32,000 bases of DNA from Pasteurella multocida (GCF_900187275.1 NZ_LT906458.1:450001-482000), one strand, 5' to 3'. Positions 1 to 15,315 are shown, counted from the stretch's first letter. Numbers and translations are program-made. Notes: a model not told the origin generated them from the letters alone.

Positions 1-668
1 ACTAATTGTTGCGTTAAGGTACTGCCACCTTGTACAGTATGACCTGCTTGAATATTGGTGATCATCGCACGTGCAATGCCGAGTAAACTGATCCCTTCAT
101 GTTGGTAAAAGCGACGATCTTCGGTAAGTAATAATGCATCGATTAATAAACGTGGATAGTTATGGAGTGGGATCGCTAAACGCTCTTCTTTCTCTGACTG
201 TAGCATAGCGATTAATTTTGGCGCTAAACGAAACTCAGGAATGGTACGTTGGTTGATTAAATCTTCAATTACTGCCAATTGATTGTGTTTAAAACGTAGG
301 CGAAAGACACGTTGTGCTTCTGGTTGTACAGGAAAGGGAAACGCGCGTCGTAGCAAAACGAGGGTATCACCTTCCACTTTAAAATCGCCAGGGGCTGCTA
401 CTAGGGTGGTTTGACGATAATCATTGTCTAATAAACGTTGTTTGACTTGTTCAAAGCTCAGTTGTTCTTCAAGACTGATACGTTCAATACGGCTATAGAC
501 TTCTGCGGGGAGTCGCCAGATCTGCCCATCCATTTTAGAGCGTATTTGCCAATCTAAATACAATCCATAAAACGCCAACATACAGATTAATGTAAAACTC
601 ACTTTGGCAAATAAGAGGAGCCAAGAAGATTTTTTTCGGCTTACATTGGTTTTGTTGGATTTTGGCAT
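1..668 (-). CDS. mrcB: Penicillin-binding protein 1B, N-terminal part (runs off window start)
   Basis: Not in the ORF track (truncated). Reverse-strand translation from ATG at 668: [60 protein letters not shown]...[42 protein letters not shown]. Has the TM anchor and the glycosyltransferase-51 motif (EDRRFYxHxGI...GGSTLTQQL). Confidence 0.9.
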   Translation of the reverse strand, partial: MPKSNKTNVSRKKSSWLLLFAKVSFTLICMLAFYGLYLDWQIRSKMDGQIWRLPAEVYSRIERISLEEQLSFEQVKQRLLDNDYRQTTLVAAPGDFKVEGDTLVLLRRAFPFPVQPEAQRVFRLRFKHNQLAVIEDLINQRTIPEFRLAPKLIAMLQSEKEERLAIPLHNYPRLLIDALLLTEDRRFYQHEGISLLGIARAMITNIQAGHTVQGGSTLTQQL

Positions 669-696
669 ATGACCTACTCAAACTCGCGTAATTTCA

Positions 697-1053
697 TTAG
701 GATTGGATGAAAGCTAGTGCAGATTGTAAGAAATGGATAAAGTCATCTGTGCCACAAAAGGCAATACTTTCTTCATCGTAATAGTGGAAATCATCTTCAA
801 GCGGTTGGTCATGTTCAAGCATTAGATTATTAGCGCGAACCATGACTTCTTCTTGATTGATAAATACACTGTATTCTGTCCCAATGAGTGTGATGTCTTG
901 TTGTGCTTTGCCTGTTTGGAGTTGCTGAAGTACTGTTTGAATTTTGGCAGAATCTGACCGCACTTCGCTATTAAACCAGTTTGCAATGGCTTCATGTCCC
1001 ATAGAACATTTCGCCATTATCGAACCTAAATGAGATGTGAATTGGAAATCCAT
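697..1053 (-). CDS. yacL: YacL family protein (UPF0231)
   Basis: MDFQFTSHLGSIMAKCSMGHEAIANWFNSEV...EEVMVRANNLML...YYDEESIAFCGTDDF matches the YacL pattern. Internal ATG at 1053, immediately after the erpA stop, is preferred over the upstream ATG at 1083. Confidence 0.85.
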   Translation of the reverse strand: MDFQFTSHLGSIMAKCSMGHEAIANWFNSEVRSDSAKIQTVLQQLQTGKAQQDITLIGTEYSVFINQEEVMVRANNLMLEHDQPLEDDFHYYDEESIAFCGTDDFIHFLQSALAFIQS

Positions 1054-1054
1054 A

Positions 1055-1396
1055 TCAAATACTGAAAGATGAACCACAACCACAGGTAGTTGAGGCGTTT
1101 GGATTATTCACAACGAAACGAGAACCTTCTAAGCCCTCAGTATAGTCCACGGTTCCCCCAATTAAATATTGTAAACTCATGGGATCGATCACTAAGTGCA
1201 CGCCAGATTTCTCAATAGTTAAATCACCGTCGTTTACTTTTTCATCGAAAGTAAAACCATATTGGAAACCACTACACCCACCGCCGGTAATATAGACGCG
1301 TAATTTCAAATTCGGGTTTTCCTCTTCACTGATTAAGGCTTTTACTTTGTTGGCAGCCGCATCAGTAAAGATCAGTGGCACGGAAATCTCTGTCAT
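1055..1396 (-). CDS. erpA: Iron-sulfur cluster insertion protein ErpA (A-type carrier)
   Basis: 113 aa; [21 protein letters not shown]...[16 protein letters not shown] with the conserved C...CGC cysteines of A-type carriers. Confidence 0.93.
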   Translation of the reverse strand: MTEISVPLIFTDAAANKVKALISEEENPNLKLRVYITGGGCSGFQYGFTFDEKVNDGDLTIEKSGVHLVIDPMSLQYLIGGTVDYTEGLEGSRFVVNNPNASTTCGCGSSFSI

Positions 1397-1534
1397 AATT
1401 TATCTCGCTATAATTTCAACTGAATTGACGTATTATCTAATAACCGACTAATTCGTTCAAGAATTTATCAAGGATTTTTATGTTGGATAATGTTATAATT
1501 CGCGAACGAATGCATTTTCTGGAGAAATTTTTTT

Positions 1535-2338
1535 ATGGCAATTCCATTAAGAACGGAAGACGAAATTGTGAAGTTACGTGAGGCATGTAAGTTAGCCTCA
1601 GATGTCTTAGTGATGATTGAACCTTATGTTAAAGCGGGCGTGAGTACAGGTGAGTTGGATCGTATTTGCCATGAGTATATGGTGAACGAACAAAAAACTA
1701 TTTCAGCTTGTTTAGGTTATCATGGCTTTCCAAAAGCGACCTGTATTTCTGTTAATGAAGTCGTTTGTCACGGCATTCCCAGTGACGACAAAATATTAAA
1801 GCATGGCGATATTGTTAATATTGATGTGACGGTGATTAAAGACGGTTATTTTGGCGATAATTCGAAGATGTATATTGTAGGTGAAACCAATGTGCGTAGC
1901 CAAAAATTATGCGAAGCAGCACAAGAAGCTCTCTATGTCGGATTACGTACAGTAAAACCGGGGATCCGTTTAAATGAGATTGGTCGAGCAATACAAACAT
2001 ACACCGAAAATCAAGGGTTTAGCGTAGTACGTGAATATTGTGGACATGGCATCGGTTCAGAATTCCACTGTGAGCCACAAGTGCTACATTACTACGCAGA
2101 CGATGGCGGTGTCATTTTACAACCGGGTATGGTGTTTACGATTGAACCGATGATTAATGCGGGGAAAAAAGAAGTGCGTTTAATGGGAGATGGCTGGACT
2201 GTTAAAACCAAAGATCGTAGCCATTCTGCGCAATATGAACATCAATTAGTCGTCACGGAAACGGGTTGTGAAGTGATGACTATTCGAGAAGAAGAGGTCG
2301 CCGCAGGACGCATTCAACGAATCATGGTGAATGTCTAA
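1535..2338 (+). CDS. map: Type I methionine aminopeptidase
   Basis: 267 aa; conserved HGIP, NIDVTVIKDGYFGD, CGHGIGSEFHCEP and MVFTIEPMI motifs. Confidence 0.96.
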   Translation: MAIPLRTEDEIVKLREACKLASDVLVMIEPYVKAGVSTGELDRICHEYMVNEQKTISACLGYHGFPKATCISVNEVVCHGIPSDDKILKHGDIVNIDVTVIKDGYFGDNSKMYIVGETNVRSQKLCEAAQEALYVGLRTVKPGIRLNEIGRAIQTYTENQGFSVVREYCGHGIGSEFHCEPQVLHYYADDGGVILQPGMVFTIEPMINAGKKEVRLMGDGWTVKTKDRSHSAQYEHQLVVTETGCEVMTIREEEVAAGRIQRIMVNV

Positions 2339-2350
2339 TACAAATTAAAT

Positions 2351-2378
2351 ATGGCTGAATTTTTTCAGCCATTTTTTT
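2351..2378 (+). terminator. Rho-independent terminator after map
   Basis: ATGGCTGAA tttt TTCAGCCAT followed by a T-run. Confidence 0.75.
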
Positions 2379-2398
2379 ATTGATATTGAGAGGGCATA

Positions 2399-4993
2399 AT
2401 GCTTTTTCCTTATTTTCCCTTAAGTGAGCTTGATGTCAGTGCAGTACGAACTCAGAAAGAAAATTTAAAGCAATTCGAGTTAACGCAATTTGCACACTAT
2501 GAAATCTATGATCTGATTACTAACCGTACGCAATTTTGTGATCATCTCTTGCGGGATCTTTGGCTACGATTTGGCTTAGTCAAGGATAACACACTCACCT
2601 TGATCGCGGTGGGGGGATATGGTCGTGAAGAAATGTTTCCTTTGTCCGATTTGGATTTCTTGATCTTAACAAGCGAGCAGGTAGAGGCGCAAACTGAACA
2701 AAAAATTCGTCAATTCGTGCAATTTTTATGGGATTGTGGTTTTGATGTTGGGCATGCGGTGCGGACCTTATCAGAGTGTGAACAAGCTGGACGTGACAAT
2801 ATTACGGTTGCAACGAACTTATTAGAAGCGCGTTATTTAGAGGGGAATTTCTCACAATTTCAGCAGTTGGACAACGTATTGCAAAAAGCTGATTTTTGGC
2901 CACGTGAGGCATTTTTCCAAGCCAAATATCAAGAGCGAGTTGAACGTTATCAACGTTATCATAATACTAGCTATAACTTAGAGCCTGATATTAAACACAG
3001 CCCAGGCGGATTACGTGATCTTCACTTGTTATATTGGATCGCCTTACGTCATACTGGGGCGAAAAATCTAACGGATATTTTGAATTCGGGCTTTATATAT
3101 CCTCAAGAATATGCGCAGTTACTGGAAAGTCAGCAATTTTTGTTTAAAGTGCGCTTTGCATTGCATTTAATTTTAAAACGTTATGACAACCGCTTGTTAT
3201 TTGAACGTCAAATTCGTGTCGCAGAGTTACTTGAATTTGTCGGACCGGGTAATCAAGGTGTGGAAAAAATGATGAAGTCATTTTTCCAAGCGCTACAAAC
3301 GATCTCCTTACTCAGTGATTTGCTAGTCAAACATTATCGCGAGCACTTTTTACAAACCAACGAACCCGTACAAGTTAGATTATTAGATAAGGAGTTCCAG
3401 TGTGTAAATAATGCCATTTGTTTACGCCAAGCAAATTTGTTTGTAGAACAACCCGAACAAATCCTAAGCTTATTTTTTCATTTAACGCAAGATCATCAGC
3501 TTGATATCCATTCTTCTACGTTACGTCAGTTACATCTTGCCCTTGAACAGCGCAGCGGTTATTTGTCTGAATTGCCGGCAGCAAGAGAGCGCTTCTTACG
3601 TTTATTCAATCAACCTGGTGCAATCGCGAGAGCACTGGTTCCTATGCATAAATACGGTGTATTAAAAGCCTACTTACCCCAGTGGCACCATATTGAAGGT
3701 TTAATGCAATTTGATTTATTTCATTGTTATACCGTAGATGAACATATTGTGCGAACTTTGCTGAAACTAGAATATTTTCTTGAGGCAGAAAGTGTGGTCC
3801 CCCATCCGATTTGTAGTCAGATTTTTTCGCGCTTAACCGACCGCACATTACTCTATATTGCAGCCTTATTCCATGATATTGCGAAAGGACGTGGCGGTGA
3901 TCATGCCGAATTAGGGGCTGTTGATGTTGCTCAGTTTGCGCAGCAACATGGTTTTGATCAACGCGAAATTCACACACTGACTTGGTTGGTTGAGCAGCAT
4001 CTACTCATGTCGGTTACTGCGCAACGGCGCGATATTCATGATCCCGAAGTAGTATTACATTTTGCGGAAGCCGTACAGAATAACGTACGTTTAGATTATT
4101 TAATCTGTTTAACGGTAGCGGATATTTGTGCGACAAATGAAACGTTATGGAACAGTTGGAAACGTACATTAATTGCTACCCTCTATCAATTTACCACGCA
4201 ACAATTTGCACAAGGTATGGATTGCCTCTTGGATCATGCGGAGAAAATTGAAAATCATCGTCAGCAAGCCTTGACATTATTAACGCAAAATAGCCTGTTA
4301 AGTGCGGTACAAATTGAAGAAATTTGGCAGCGCTGTCCTGAAGAGTACTTTTTACGTAATACCCCGAAACAAATTGCTTGGCATACAGAATTACTGGCAG
4401 ATAACCAAACAGAATTATTGGTTAAAATCAGTAATCGTTTTTCAGAAGGGGGAACCGAGATTTTTGTGTATTGCCAAGATCAACCGAACTTGTTTCATAA
4501 AGTGGTGACGACGATTGGCGCGAAGAAGTTCAGTATTCATGATGCACAAATCATCACCAGTCATGATGGTTATGTATTTGATAGTTTTATTATTACCGAA
4601 TTAGATGGCAAGTTAGTGAAATTTGATCGTCGTCGTAGCTTAGAAAAAGCCTTAATGCAGGCACTGAATACGAGCAAATTGCCAACATTTCGTGCGACTC
4701 ACAACCCTAAATTACAACATTTCCATGTCAAAACAGAGGTGCGCTTTTTAAAAGAACAGCGAACTGATCAAACGGAAATGGAATTGTTTGCTTTAGATCA
4801 GACTGGTTTACTTGCCAAAGTGAGTCAGGTGTTTAGTGAGTTAAAACTGAATTTGTTGAATGCCAAAATTACGACTATCGGCGAAAAGGCAGAGGATTTC
4901 TTTATTCTGACAAACAGTGAAGATCGCGCCTTAACGGCTGAACAGCGACAATGCCTAACACAGCGTTTACATGAAGTACTCGAACCAAAATAG
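2399..4993 (+). CDS. glnD: Bifunctional [protein-PII] uridylyltransferase/uridylyl-removing enzyme
   Basis: 864 aa; nucleotidyltransferase motif [19 protein letters not shown] domain ([17 protein letters not shown]), two C-terminal ACT domains. Confidence 0.96.
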   Translation: MLFPYFPLSELDVSAVRTQKENLKQFELTQFAHYEIYDLITNRTQFCDHLLRDLWLRFGLVKDNTLTLIAVGGYGREEMFPLSDLDFLILTSEQVEAQTEQKIRQFVQFLWDCGFDVGHAVRTLSECEQAGRDNITVATNLLEARYLEGNFSQFQQLDNVLQKADFWPREAFFQAKYQERVERYQRYHNTSYNLEPDIKHSPGGLRDLHLLYWIALRHTGAKNLTDILNSGFIYPQEYAQLLESQQFLFKVRFALHLILKRYDNRLLFERQIRVAELLEFVGPGNQGVEKMMKSFFQALQTISLLSDLLVKHYREHFLQTNEPVQVRLLDKEFQCVNNAICLRQANLFVEQPEQILSLFFHLTQDHQLDIHSSTLRQLHLALEQRSGYLSELPAARERFLRLFNQPGAIARALVPMHKYGVLKAYLPQWHHIEGLMQFDLFHCYTVDEHIVRTLLKLEYFLEAESVVPHPICSQIFSRLTDRTLLYIAALFHDIAKGRGGDHAELGAVDVAQFAQQHGFDQREIHTLTWLVEQHLLMSVTAQRRDIHDPEVVLHFAEAVQNNVRLDYLICLTVADICATNETLWNSWKRTLIATLYQFTTQQFAQGMDCLLDHAEKIENHRQQALTLLTQNSLLSAVQIEEIWQRCPEEYFLRNTPKQIAWHTELLADNQTELLVKISNRFSEGGTEIFVYCQDQPNLFHKVVTTIGAKKFSIHDAQIITSHDGYVFDSFIITELDGKLVKFDRRRSLEKALMQALNTSKLPTFRATHNPKLQHFHVKTEVRFLKEQRTDQTEMELFALDQTGLLAKVSQVFSELKLNLLNAKITTIGEKAEDFFILTNSEDRALTAEQRQCLTQRLHEVLEPK

Positions 4994-5060
4994 AAAACGT
5001 TTTCCAAAATGACCGCACGTTGAGAGAGGTGTTTATCAAGTGATGTATAAATCCCATGTA

Positions 5061-5070
5061 AAAGTGCGGT
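5061..5070 (+). repeat. Hin-type uptake signal sequence, part of an inverted pair with 5011-5018
   Basis: AAAGTGCGGT; upstream GACCGCAC (5011-5018) and GTGCGGTC (5064-5071) are perfect complements. Confidence 0.85.
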
Positions 5071-5087
5071 CTGTTTTTTAAGGTTAT

Positions 5088-5948
5088 CTATTTTTTCAAA
5101 TTGACAATCGCGACGGAGACAATAATTAATGCTCCACCGAGTAACATACGCAGACTCGGTTCTTCGTCTAGCCAAATCCACGCGATCGCAATGGCATATA
5201 CCGGTTCAAGAGAAATGATCATTGCAGCAGTGCGCGCATTGATCGTATCTAAGCTAGAAACAAATAGGGTATAAGCCAAGGTTGTGCAAAGTAAGCCAAT
5301 GCAAGCGATCCAAAACCAATCTTGCCAAGACACATCAGGTAACTGGTGTGCAGAAAAGGGCAACAGCATAATGGCGACCACTAAATATTGACACCAACTG
5401 GATTGTGAACCTGATATTGTGCTGACGTTTTTGCGATTGATGACCGCTAATATGCCATAACTGAGGGCGGAAAAAATGCCCCACAGTAATCCTTGTGTAG
5501 CTTGATGACCAAACTCAAAGGCTGGGGTAATCAAAATCAGCCCAAGCGAAATCGCGATCAGCAAAAAATATTCTTTTGTTTTTAACCGCTCTTTAAAGAA
5601 CAGCATTTCAAACAAAGCAACGAAGGCGGGGAAACTGGCAAAGCCTAAAGTACCAATCGCCACACCACCTATTTTTATCCCTTGGTAAAAACTCACCCAA
5701 TGTACACCTAATAACACCCCAGAAAGACACTGGCTGGCGATTTCACGCCCTAGCATGGGGATCAGTTTTTGCCGACGAAGTAAGAAAAAAAGTGAAAGCG
5801 CAGCAAAGGCAATTAAGACACGCCCTAAGACAATCATTTCTGCACCTGTGGTGGCTAATGCGCCAAAAACACCAGAGGCACCAAATAACACTGCGGTGCC
5901 GTGTACCTTAAGCAATGCTAAGCTGTAATTATCCTTAATTATCGCCAT
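5088..5948 (-). CDS. DMT-superfamily (EamA) transporter
   Basis: 286 aa, about 10 hydrophobic segments in two repeats; C-terminal SLEPVYAIAIAWIWLDEEPSLRMLLGGALIIVSV is typical of EamA proteins. Confidence 0.85.
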   Translation of the reverse strand: MAIIKDNYSLALLKVHGTAVLFGASGVFGALATTGAEMIVLGRVLIAFAALSLFFLLRRQKLIPMLGREIASQCLSGVLLGVHWVSFYQGIKIGGVAIGTLGFASFPAFVALFEMLFFKERLKTKEYFLLIAISLGLILITPAFEFGHQATQGLLWGIFSALSYGILAVINRKNVSTISGSQSSWCQYLVVAIMLLPFSAHQLPDVSWQDWFWIACIGLLCTTLAYTLFVSSLDTINARTAAMIISLEPVYAIAIAWIWLDEEPSLRMLLGGALIIVSVAIVNLKK

Positions 5949-5957
5949 ACACTGCCT

Positions 5958-7241
5958 TTAAGCTAACTGAGAGAAAACTTGATCGGCAGCTTGCAAAGTG
6001 CGCTCAATATCTTGATCAGAATGGGCGAGTGACATAAAGCCTGCTTCAAACGCCGAAGGGGCAAGATAAATACCTTGTGCTAACATGGCATGGAAAAAAC
6101 GGTTGAATTTTTCTGTATCACAAGCCATCACCGCTTGATAAGAAGAAACAGTTTTTTGTTCAGTAAAGAAAATGCCAAACATCCCACCAACATAATTCAC
6201 TACAAACGGGACATGATGTTTGTCTGCTAAGGCTTTTAAGCCAAGTGCTAATTTCTCGGTCTGTTGGGCTAAACATTGTGCATTTCCCGCTTTTTTCAAC
6301 TCCGTAAGGCAAGCAAGACCGGCTGCCATGGCAATCGGGTTGCCTGATAATGTTCCCGCTTGATAAACCGGACCTAGCGGAGCAATGTGTTGCATAATGG
6401 CTTTTTTACCGCCAAATGCACCAACAGGCATCCCGCCGCCAATCACTTTGCCTAAACAAGTTAAGTCCGGCGTGACGCCATAATAAGTCTGTGCACCACC
6501 TAATGCGACACGGAAACCAGTCATCACTTCATCAATAATAAAGACTGCACCATATTGATCACAGAGTGCACGTAAGCCTTGTAAAAAGCCCTCTTGAGGT
6601 GGAATACAGTTCATGTTACCGGCCACAGGCTCGACAATCAGACAAGCAATTTCATTAGGATATTGTTCAAAAGCGTGCTTGACTGAATCTAGGTCATTAT
6701 ATGTACAGGTTAAAGTATGTTTGGCAAAATCTGTAGGTACACCGGGTGAGCTTGGTTGCCCTAAAGTTAGCGCACCCGAGCCAGCTTTTACTAGCAAAGA
6801 ATCAGCATGACCATGGTAACAGCCTTCAAATTTAATGATTTTATCTCGTTTAGTGTATCCACGAGCTAAGCGAATAGCCGACATAGTCGCTTCTGTCCCA
6901 GAACTGACCATACGTACCATGTCTATTGAGGGGACTAATGAACAAACTAATTCTGCTAATTCAATTTCTAACGCAGTTGGTGCGCCAAAACTTAACCCAT
7001 TTTGAGCGGTGCTGATGACCGCATCTAAGATGGTAGGGTGGTTATGCCCTAAAATCATCGGTCCCCAAGATCCCACATAATCAATATATTGATTGCCTTC
7101 AGTATCATAAAGATAAGCACCTTGGGCTTTTTCGATAAAAATCGGCGTGCCACCTACTCCCTTAAAGGCACGTACTGGTGAATTTACACCGCCGGGAATT
7201 CGATGTTGTGCACGTTGAAAAAGAGATAAAGAGGTTGTCAT
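5958..7241 (-). CDS. hemL: Glutamate-1-semialdehyde 2,1-aminomutase
   Basis: 427 aa; [15 protein letters not shown]...[17 protein letters not shown]...[11 protein letters not shown]...[12 protein letters not shown]...[19 protein letters not shown] (PLP lysine motif). Confidence 0.96.
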   Translation of the reverse strand: MTTSLSLFQRAQHRIPGGVNSPVRAFKGVGGTPIFIEKAQGAYLYDTEGNQYIDYVGSWGPMILGHNHPTILDAVISTAQNGLSFGAPTALEIELAELVCSLVPSIDMVRMVSSGTEATMSAIRLARGYTKRDKIIKFEGCYHGHADSLLVKAGSGALTLGQPSSPGVPTDFAKHTLTCTYNDLDSVKHAFEQYPNEIACLIVEPVAGNMNCIPPQEGFLQGLRALCDQYGAVFIIDEVMTGFRVALGGAQTYYGVTPDLTCLGKVIGGGMPVGAFGGKKAIMQHIAPLGPVYQAGTLSGNPIAMAAGLACLTELKKAGNAQCLAQQTEKLALGLKALADKHHVPFVVNYVGGMFGIFFTEQKTVSSYQAVMACDTEKFNRFFHAMLAQGIYLAPSAFEAGFMSLAHSDQDIERTLQAADQVFSQLA

Positions 7242-7373
7242 AATCGTATCCTAATTTTGTGATAGAAATGAGCACCATTCTACTGTAAAAAAGCGGAAAT
7301 AGATAAAAATATTTATGGAACAAAAAATGCTTTGTGGTATTCTTCGAGCATTCAAATTCAAAGGGAAATTCCA

Positions 7374-8447
7374 ATGCTATTGAGTTTAATTGTGACATTT
7401 TTGGGGGCATTTCTGACATTATTATTTATGCGCCCGATTGCCCAAAAAATAGGTTTAGTTGATAAACCGAATTTTCGTAAGCGCCATCAGGGTGCGATTC
7501 CTCTAATTGGTGGTGTGTCGTTGTTTGTTGGGAATCTCTGCTTCTATTTATTAGAGTGGGAACAAATGCGCTTACCAACACTTTATTTATTTAGTATTTT
7601 TGTGTTGCTTGTGATCGGTATGATTGATGACCGTTTTGACATCAGCCCTTTTTTGCGTGCCGGTATTCAAGCAATATTAGCTATATTAATGATTGATCTC
7701 GGTAATCTTTATTTAGATCATTTGGGGCAAATTCTCGGTCCATTTCAGCTGACACTTGGATCCATTGGCTTAATTATTACAGTGCTAGCCACTATAGCTG
7801 CAATTAATGCCTTTAATATGATTGATGGGATTGATGGTTTACTAGGCGGATTATCGAGTGTGGCTTTTGTGTCTATTGGCATTTTATTAATTAAGGATAA
7901 TCAGCTTGACTTGGCTTATTGGAGCTTTGCCTTAATTATTGCTATTCTGCCTTATTTTATGATGAATTTAGGCATTCCTTTTGGGCAGAAATTTAAAGTA
8001 TTTATGGGCGATGCGGGCAGTACTTTAATTGGCTTTACGATTATTTGGATTTTACTGCTCAGTACGCAAGGTAAAGGGCATCCAATGAATCCTGTGACAG
8101 CATTATGGATAATCGCGATCCCACTTATTGATATGATTGCGATTATGTATCGCCGTTTACGTAAAGGCAAAAGCCCATTCCGTCCAGACCGTTTACATGT
8201 ACATCATTTAATGATGCGTGCCGGTTTAACATCTCGTCAAGCTTTCTTATTAATTACTTTCGCAGCGGCAATTTGTGCCACGATTGGTATTTTAGGGGAG
8301 ATTTTTTATATTAATGAATGGCTGATGTTTGCCGGATTTATTCTATTATTTTTTATGTATTCTTATTCAATTACACGTGCGTGGCGTATTACACGTTGGA
8401 TTAGACGAATGAGAAGACGCGCAAAACGTATTCATAATAAGGGTTAA
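7374..8447 (+). CDS. wecA: Undecaprenyl-phosphate alpha-N-acetylglucosaminyl 1-phosphate transferase
   Basis: Multi-TM MraY/WecA family; DKPNFRKRHQGAIPLIGG, NAFNMIDGIDGL, FMGDAGSTLIGF, RPDRLHVHHL. Start trimmed to ATG 7374 (MLLSLIVTFLG). Confidence 0.93.
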   Translation: MLLSLIVTFLGAFLTLLFMRPIAQKIGLVDKPNFRKRHQGAIPLIGGVSLFVGNLCFYLLEWEQMRLPTLYLFSIFVLLVIGMIDDRFDISPFLRAGIQAILAILMIDLGNLYLDHLGQILGPFQLTLGSIGLIITVLATIAAINAFNMIDGIDGLLGGLSSVAFVSIGILLIKDNQLDLAYWSFALIIAILPYFMMNLGIPFGQKFKVFMGDAGSTLIGFTIIWILLLSTQGKGHPMNPVTALWIIAIPLIDMIAIMYRRLRKGKSPFRPDRLHVHHLMMRAGLTSRQAFLLITFAAAICATIGILGEIFYINEWLMFAGFILLFFMYSYSITRAWRITRWIRRMRRRAKRIHNKG

Positions 8448-8452
8448 ACAGC

Positions 8453-9286
8453 ATGACGCAAGTAGAAAATACACAAAAAACACACCGCACTTTTCTAAGC
8501 TCAATCAGTATAATATTGGGGACTACGTTGCTTGGCGCGATAGTGGCTTATGGTGGCAGTTACTTAAAAAGTAAAACTTGGCTTGCAGAAGCACATGTGA
8601 GCGCGCCAGATATCGCGTTACTTGGTAATTATTATGCATTATCTTCGACTTACCAATTTATCAAAAATAAAGAGAATCAACACCAAGAGACAGAAATAGT
8701 TTATCAAGAATTTTTGAAACAACTGATGTCAGAAGAAATGATTCGCCGTTTTTGGGAAAATACAGAGTATTATAAACAAAAGCAAACAGGGGAAGATCAC
8801 ATTGATCTTGCATTATTAGAAAAGTTAACCAAAGCTATTAAATTTAAATCAGCACAAACGCTTGATGTGGCGGATAGTGTGAGTCTAACACTCGAGAATC
8901 CGAAATTAGCCACAGAATTACTTTCTTCTTTTATTGATCAGGTTAACGTTGAAACACGTAAAATTGTTTATAGTAATCTAATTAGCCAATGGAAAGTTTT
9001 ATTCGAACAAGTAAAGAAAGCGACAGAATTTAACTTAGGTAAGAATGCTCAATCAGCATTGGTATCAGAAGATTGGAACGGGAAACTACAAATGATGCGC
9101 TCGGTTTCACCTTTAGATGAACAATTCAGTGCATATCGTTATTTAAAAAAACCAACACAGCCGATTATGCAAAGTTCGCCTAATCGTAAATGTTGGGCTA
9201 GCGTGGGGGCATTGATTGGCTTTATCTTGTCTTTTTTCATGTTATCGCTATTTAATTCCCGTAAAAAATTAATTAATACCCTTTAA
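8453..9286 (+). CDS. Wzz/WzzE-like polysaccharide chain-length determinant
   Basis: 277 aa with N-terminal and C-terminal TM segments flanking a periplasmic region; starts 6 bp after wecA, as in ECA/LPS loci. Confidence 0.75.
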   Translation: MTQVENTQKTHRTFLSSISIILGTTLLGAIVAYGGSYLKSKTWLAEAHVSAPDIALLGNYYALSSTYQFIKNKENQHQETEIVYQEFLKQLMSEEMIRRFWENTEYYKQKQTGEDHIDLALLEKLTKAIKFKSAQTLDVADSVSLTLENPKLATELLSSFIDQVNVETRKIVYSNLISQWKVLFEQVKKATEFNLGKNAQSALVSEDWNGKLQMMRSVSPLDEQFSAYRYLKKPTQPIMQSSPNRKCWASVGALIGFILSFFMLSLFNSRKKLINTL

Positions 9287-9372
9287 ATCAATAAAAAACA
9301 GGCGTATATTTACTACTTTATGTCCAATTTGAACAAAAAACTATCTAATAACTTTTTTTTTCAAAAAAGTAC

Positions 9373-9401
9373 TAGACAAGTTTATGTGAAGTCATTAATA
9401 T
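9373..9401 (+). promoter_or_regulatory. Candidate sigma70 promoter for the tRNA-rrn transcription unit
   Basis: TAGACA (9373-9378), 17 bp spacer, TAATAT (9396-9401); A/T tract upstream and GC-rich discriminator (cgccccgc) downstream. Confidence 0.6.
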
Positions 9402-9423
9402 ACGCCCCGCAACGACGCGATGA

Positions 9424-9500
<77 letters not shown>

Positions 9501-9535
9501 GAGAGTCAATGTGATGTAAACTGAATAAATCAATG

Positions 9536-9611
9536 GTGGCTATAGCTCAGTTGGTAGAGCCCCGGATTGTGATTCCGGTTGTCGTGGGTTCAAGTCCCAT
9601 TAGCCACCCCA
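9536..9611 (+). tRNA. tRNA-His (anticodon GTG)
   Basis: Acceptor GTGGCTA/TAGCCAC, anticodon loop TTGTGAT, encoded CCA. Confidence 0.95.
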
Positions 9612-9625
9612 AATTTTTTTACAGT

Positions 9626-9702
9626 CGGCGAGTAGCGCAGCTTGGTAGCGCAACTGGTTTGGGACCAGTGGGTCGTAGGTTCAAATCCTATCTCGCCGAC
9701 CA
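9626..9702 (+). tRNA. tRNA-Pro (anticodon TGG)
   Basis: Acceptor CGGCGAG/CTCGCCG, anticodon loop TTTGGGA, encoded CCA. Confidence 0.95.
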
Positions 9703-9708
9703 TTTTTT

Positions 9709-9723
9709 TGTTCTTTAACAATC
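9709..9723 (+). promoter_or_regulatory. rrn leader boxA antitermination element
   Basis: TGTTCTTTAACAATC, close to the established rrn boxA (TGCTCTTTAACAA). Confidence 0.8.
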
Positions 9724-9731
9724 TAACAGAC

Positions 9732-9749
9732 AATCTGTGTGGGTACTTG
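9732..9749 (+). other. 5' arm of pre-16S RNase III processing stem
   Basis: AATCTGTGTGGGTACTTG pairs with CAAGTGTTCACACAGATT at 11436-11453, with a short internal mismatch. Confidence 0.75.
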
Positions 9750-9876
9750 TTGATTGATTTCATTTAAAAAATTTTAAAATTGAAGTCTTAATAGGTGCTT
9801 AATACTGAAAATTCATGATACTTTTGAAGTAAATGTAAACTTTTAGCTAAGCAGTTTATTGAGCGATTGAACTTTG

Positions 9877-11417
<1,541 letters not shown>

Positions 11418-11435
11418 CCTAAAATGGAACGACTG

Positions 11436-11453
11436 CAAGTGTTCACACAGATT
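11436..11453 (+). other. 3' arm of pre-16S RNase III processing stem
   Basis: Complementary to 9732-9749. Confidence 0.75.
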
Positions 11454-11500
11454 GTTTGGTAGATTGTGTCAATGAAGAGACAAAAAACCGAAATCCTTTT

Positions 11501-11577
<77 letters not shown>

Positions 11578-11638
11578 CTCAAGCGAAAGCAAAAGAGTGA
11601 AGCGAAAAGGGATGACGGCGCATTGTAATGATGTGAAT

Positions 11639-11714
11639 GGGGATATAGCTCAGCTGGGAGAGCGCCTGCCTTGCACGCAGGAGGTCAGCGGTTCGATCCC
11701 GCTTATCTCCACCA
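11639..11714 (+). tRNA. tRNA-Ala (anticodon TGC)
   Basis: GGGGATATAGCTCAGCTGGGAGAGCGCCTGCCTTGCACGCAGG...TATCTCCACCA. Confidence 0.96.
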
Positions 11715-11836
11715 AATCATCATTGCTAAGTGTTTTGTGTAAATGGCATTAGTCTGGATAGGTTAATGGTTTTTACATTAAGAATATTTAGCAATGATGA
11801 GCGAAAAATGGCGAAGCCATTTTGACTTGTCTTTAT

Positions 11837-11849
11837 TGTTCTTTAAAAA
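11837..11849 (+). promoter_or_regulatory. Spacer boxA antitermination element
   Basis: TGTTCTTTAAAAA between tRNA-Ala and 23S, a second copy resembling the leader boxA. Confidence 0.6.
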
Positions 11850-12033
11850 ATTGGAAACAAGCTGAAAAACTGAAGAGATTTTCGAAAGAAAGTCTGAGTA
11901 GAAAAAATCTTGCATGAAAAAAGGCATGCAAGTGTTTAGCGTTTAAACACAACATCAAGGTGATGAAACTTGATTAATGCATTAGCAAAGGTTAATGGAT
12001 TAATTGAGATTAAGTAAGAATACTTGAGGTTGT

Positions 12034-14935
<2,902 letters not shown>

Positions 14936-15086
14936 ACAACGCTCAAGTGTTTTTGGGTGTTGAGTGAGATGTTAGACGAAGACGAAGAAGAGAAAATTAC
15001 TTTAGACAGCTTGTTTTTGATTAAAGTGCGAGAGTGAAGAAAGCACGAAGGAAGAACAGAAGAATAGAGAAGACATCAACCGAATA

Positions 15087-15203
15087 TCTTGGCGGCGATA
15101 GTGCAGTGGACCCACCTAACTCCATGCCGAACTTAGAAGTGAAACGCTGTAACGCCGATGGTAGTGTGGGGCTTCCCCATGTGAGAGTAGGACACCGCCA
15201 GGT
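15087..15203 (+). rRNA. rrf: 5S ribosomal RNA
   Basis: CTTGGCGGCGATAGTGCAGTGGACCCACCTAACTCCATGCCGAACTTAGAAGTGAAACGCTGTAACGCCGATGGTAGTGTGGGG...GAGAGTAGGACACCGCCAGG. Ends approximate. Confidence 0.95.
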
Positions 15204-15215
15204 CTGAATGAGAAG

Positions 15216-15248
15216 AAACCTCAAGTAGAGATACTTGAGGTTTTTTTT
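15216..15248 (+). terminator. Rho-independent terminator of rRNA operon
   Basis: AAACCTCAAGTA gaga TACTTGAGGTTT plus T-run; 12-bp perfect stem. Confidence 0.92.
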
Positions 15249-15315
15249 GTGTTTGGAGAGAGTGGGGATATGGGGAGAGTGTCATTTGCATAAAAAGCAT
15301 GGAAATGAGGAAAGC

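Noticed and set aside
3642-5181. ORFs 3642..3977, 4302..4508 and 4825..5181
   Set aside because: Shadow ORFs inside or overlapping glnD; composition follows the opposite-strand coding bias.
6613-7419. ORFs 6613..6810 and 7162..7419
   Set aside because: Shadow ORFs overlapping hemL and its upstream region; no protein family features.
7952-8170. 72 aa reverse-strand ORF
   Set aside because: Antisense to wecA; no independent support.
9533-9718. 61 aa ORF MVAIAQLVEPRIVIPVVVGSSPI...
   Set aside because: Antisense or overlapping the tRNA-His and tRNA-Pro genes; a known false-positive pattern around tRNAs.
9780-9808. TTGAAG ... TACTGA as a possible local 16S promoter downstream of boxA
   Set aside because: Poor -10 match, and the position downstream of boxA and the RNase III stem arm does not fit rrn promoter architecture; kept only as the alternative that start-site mapping should test.
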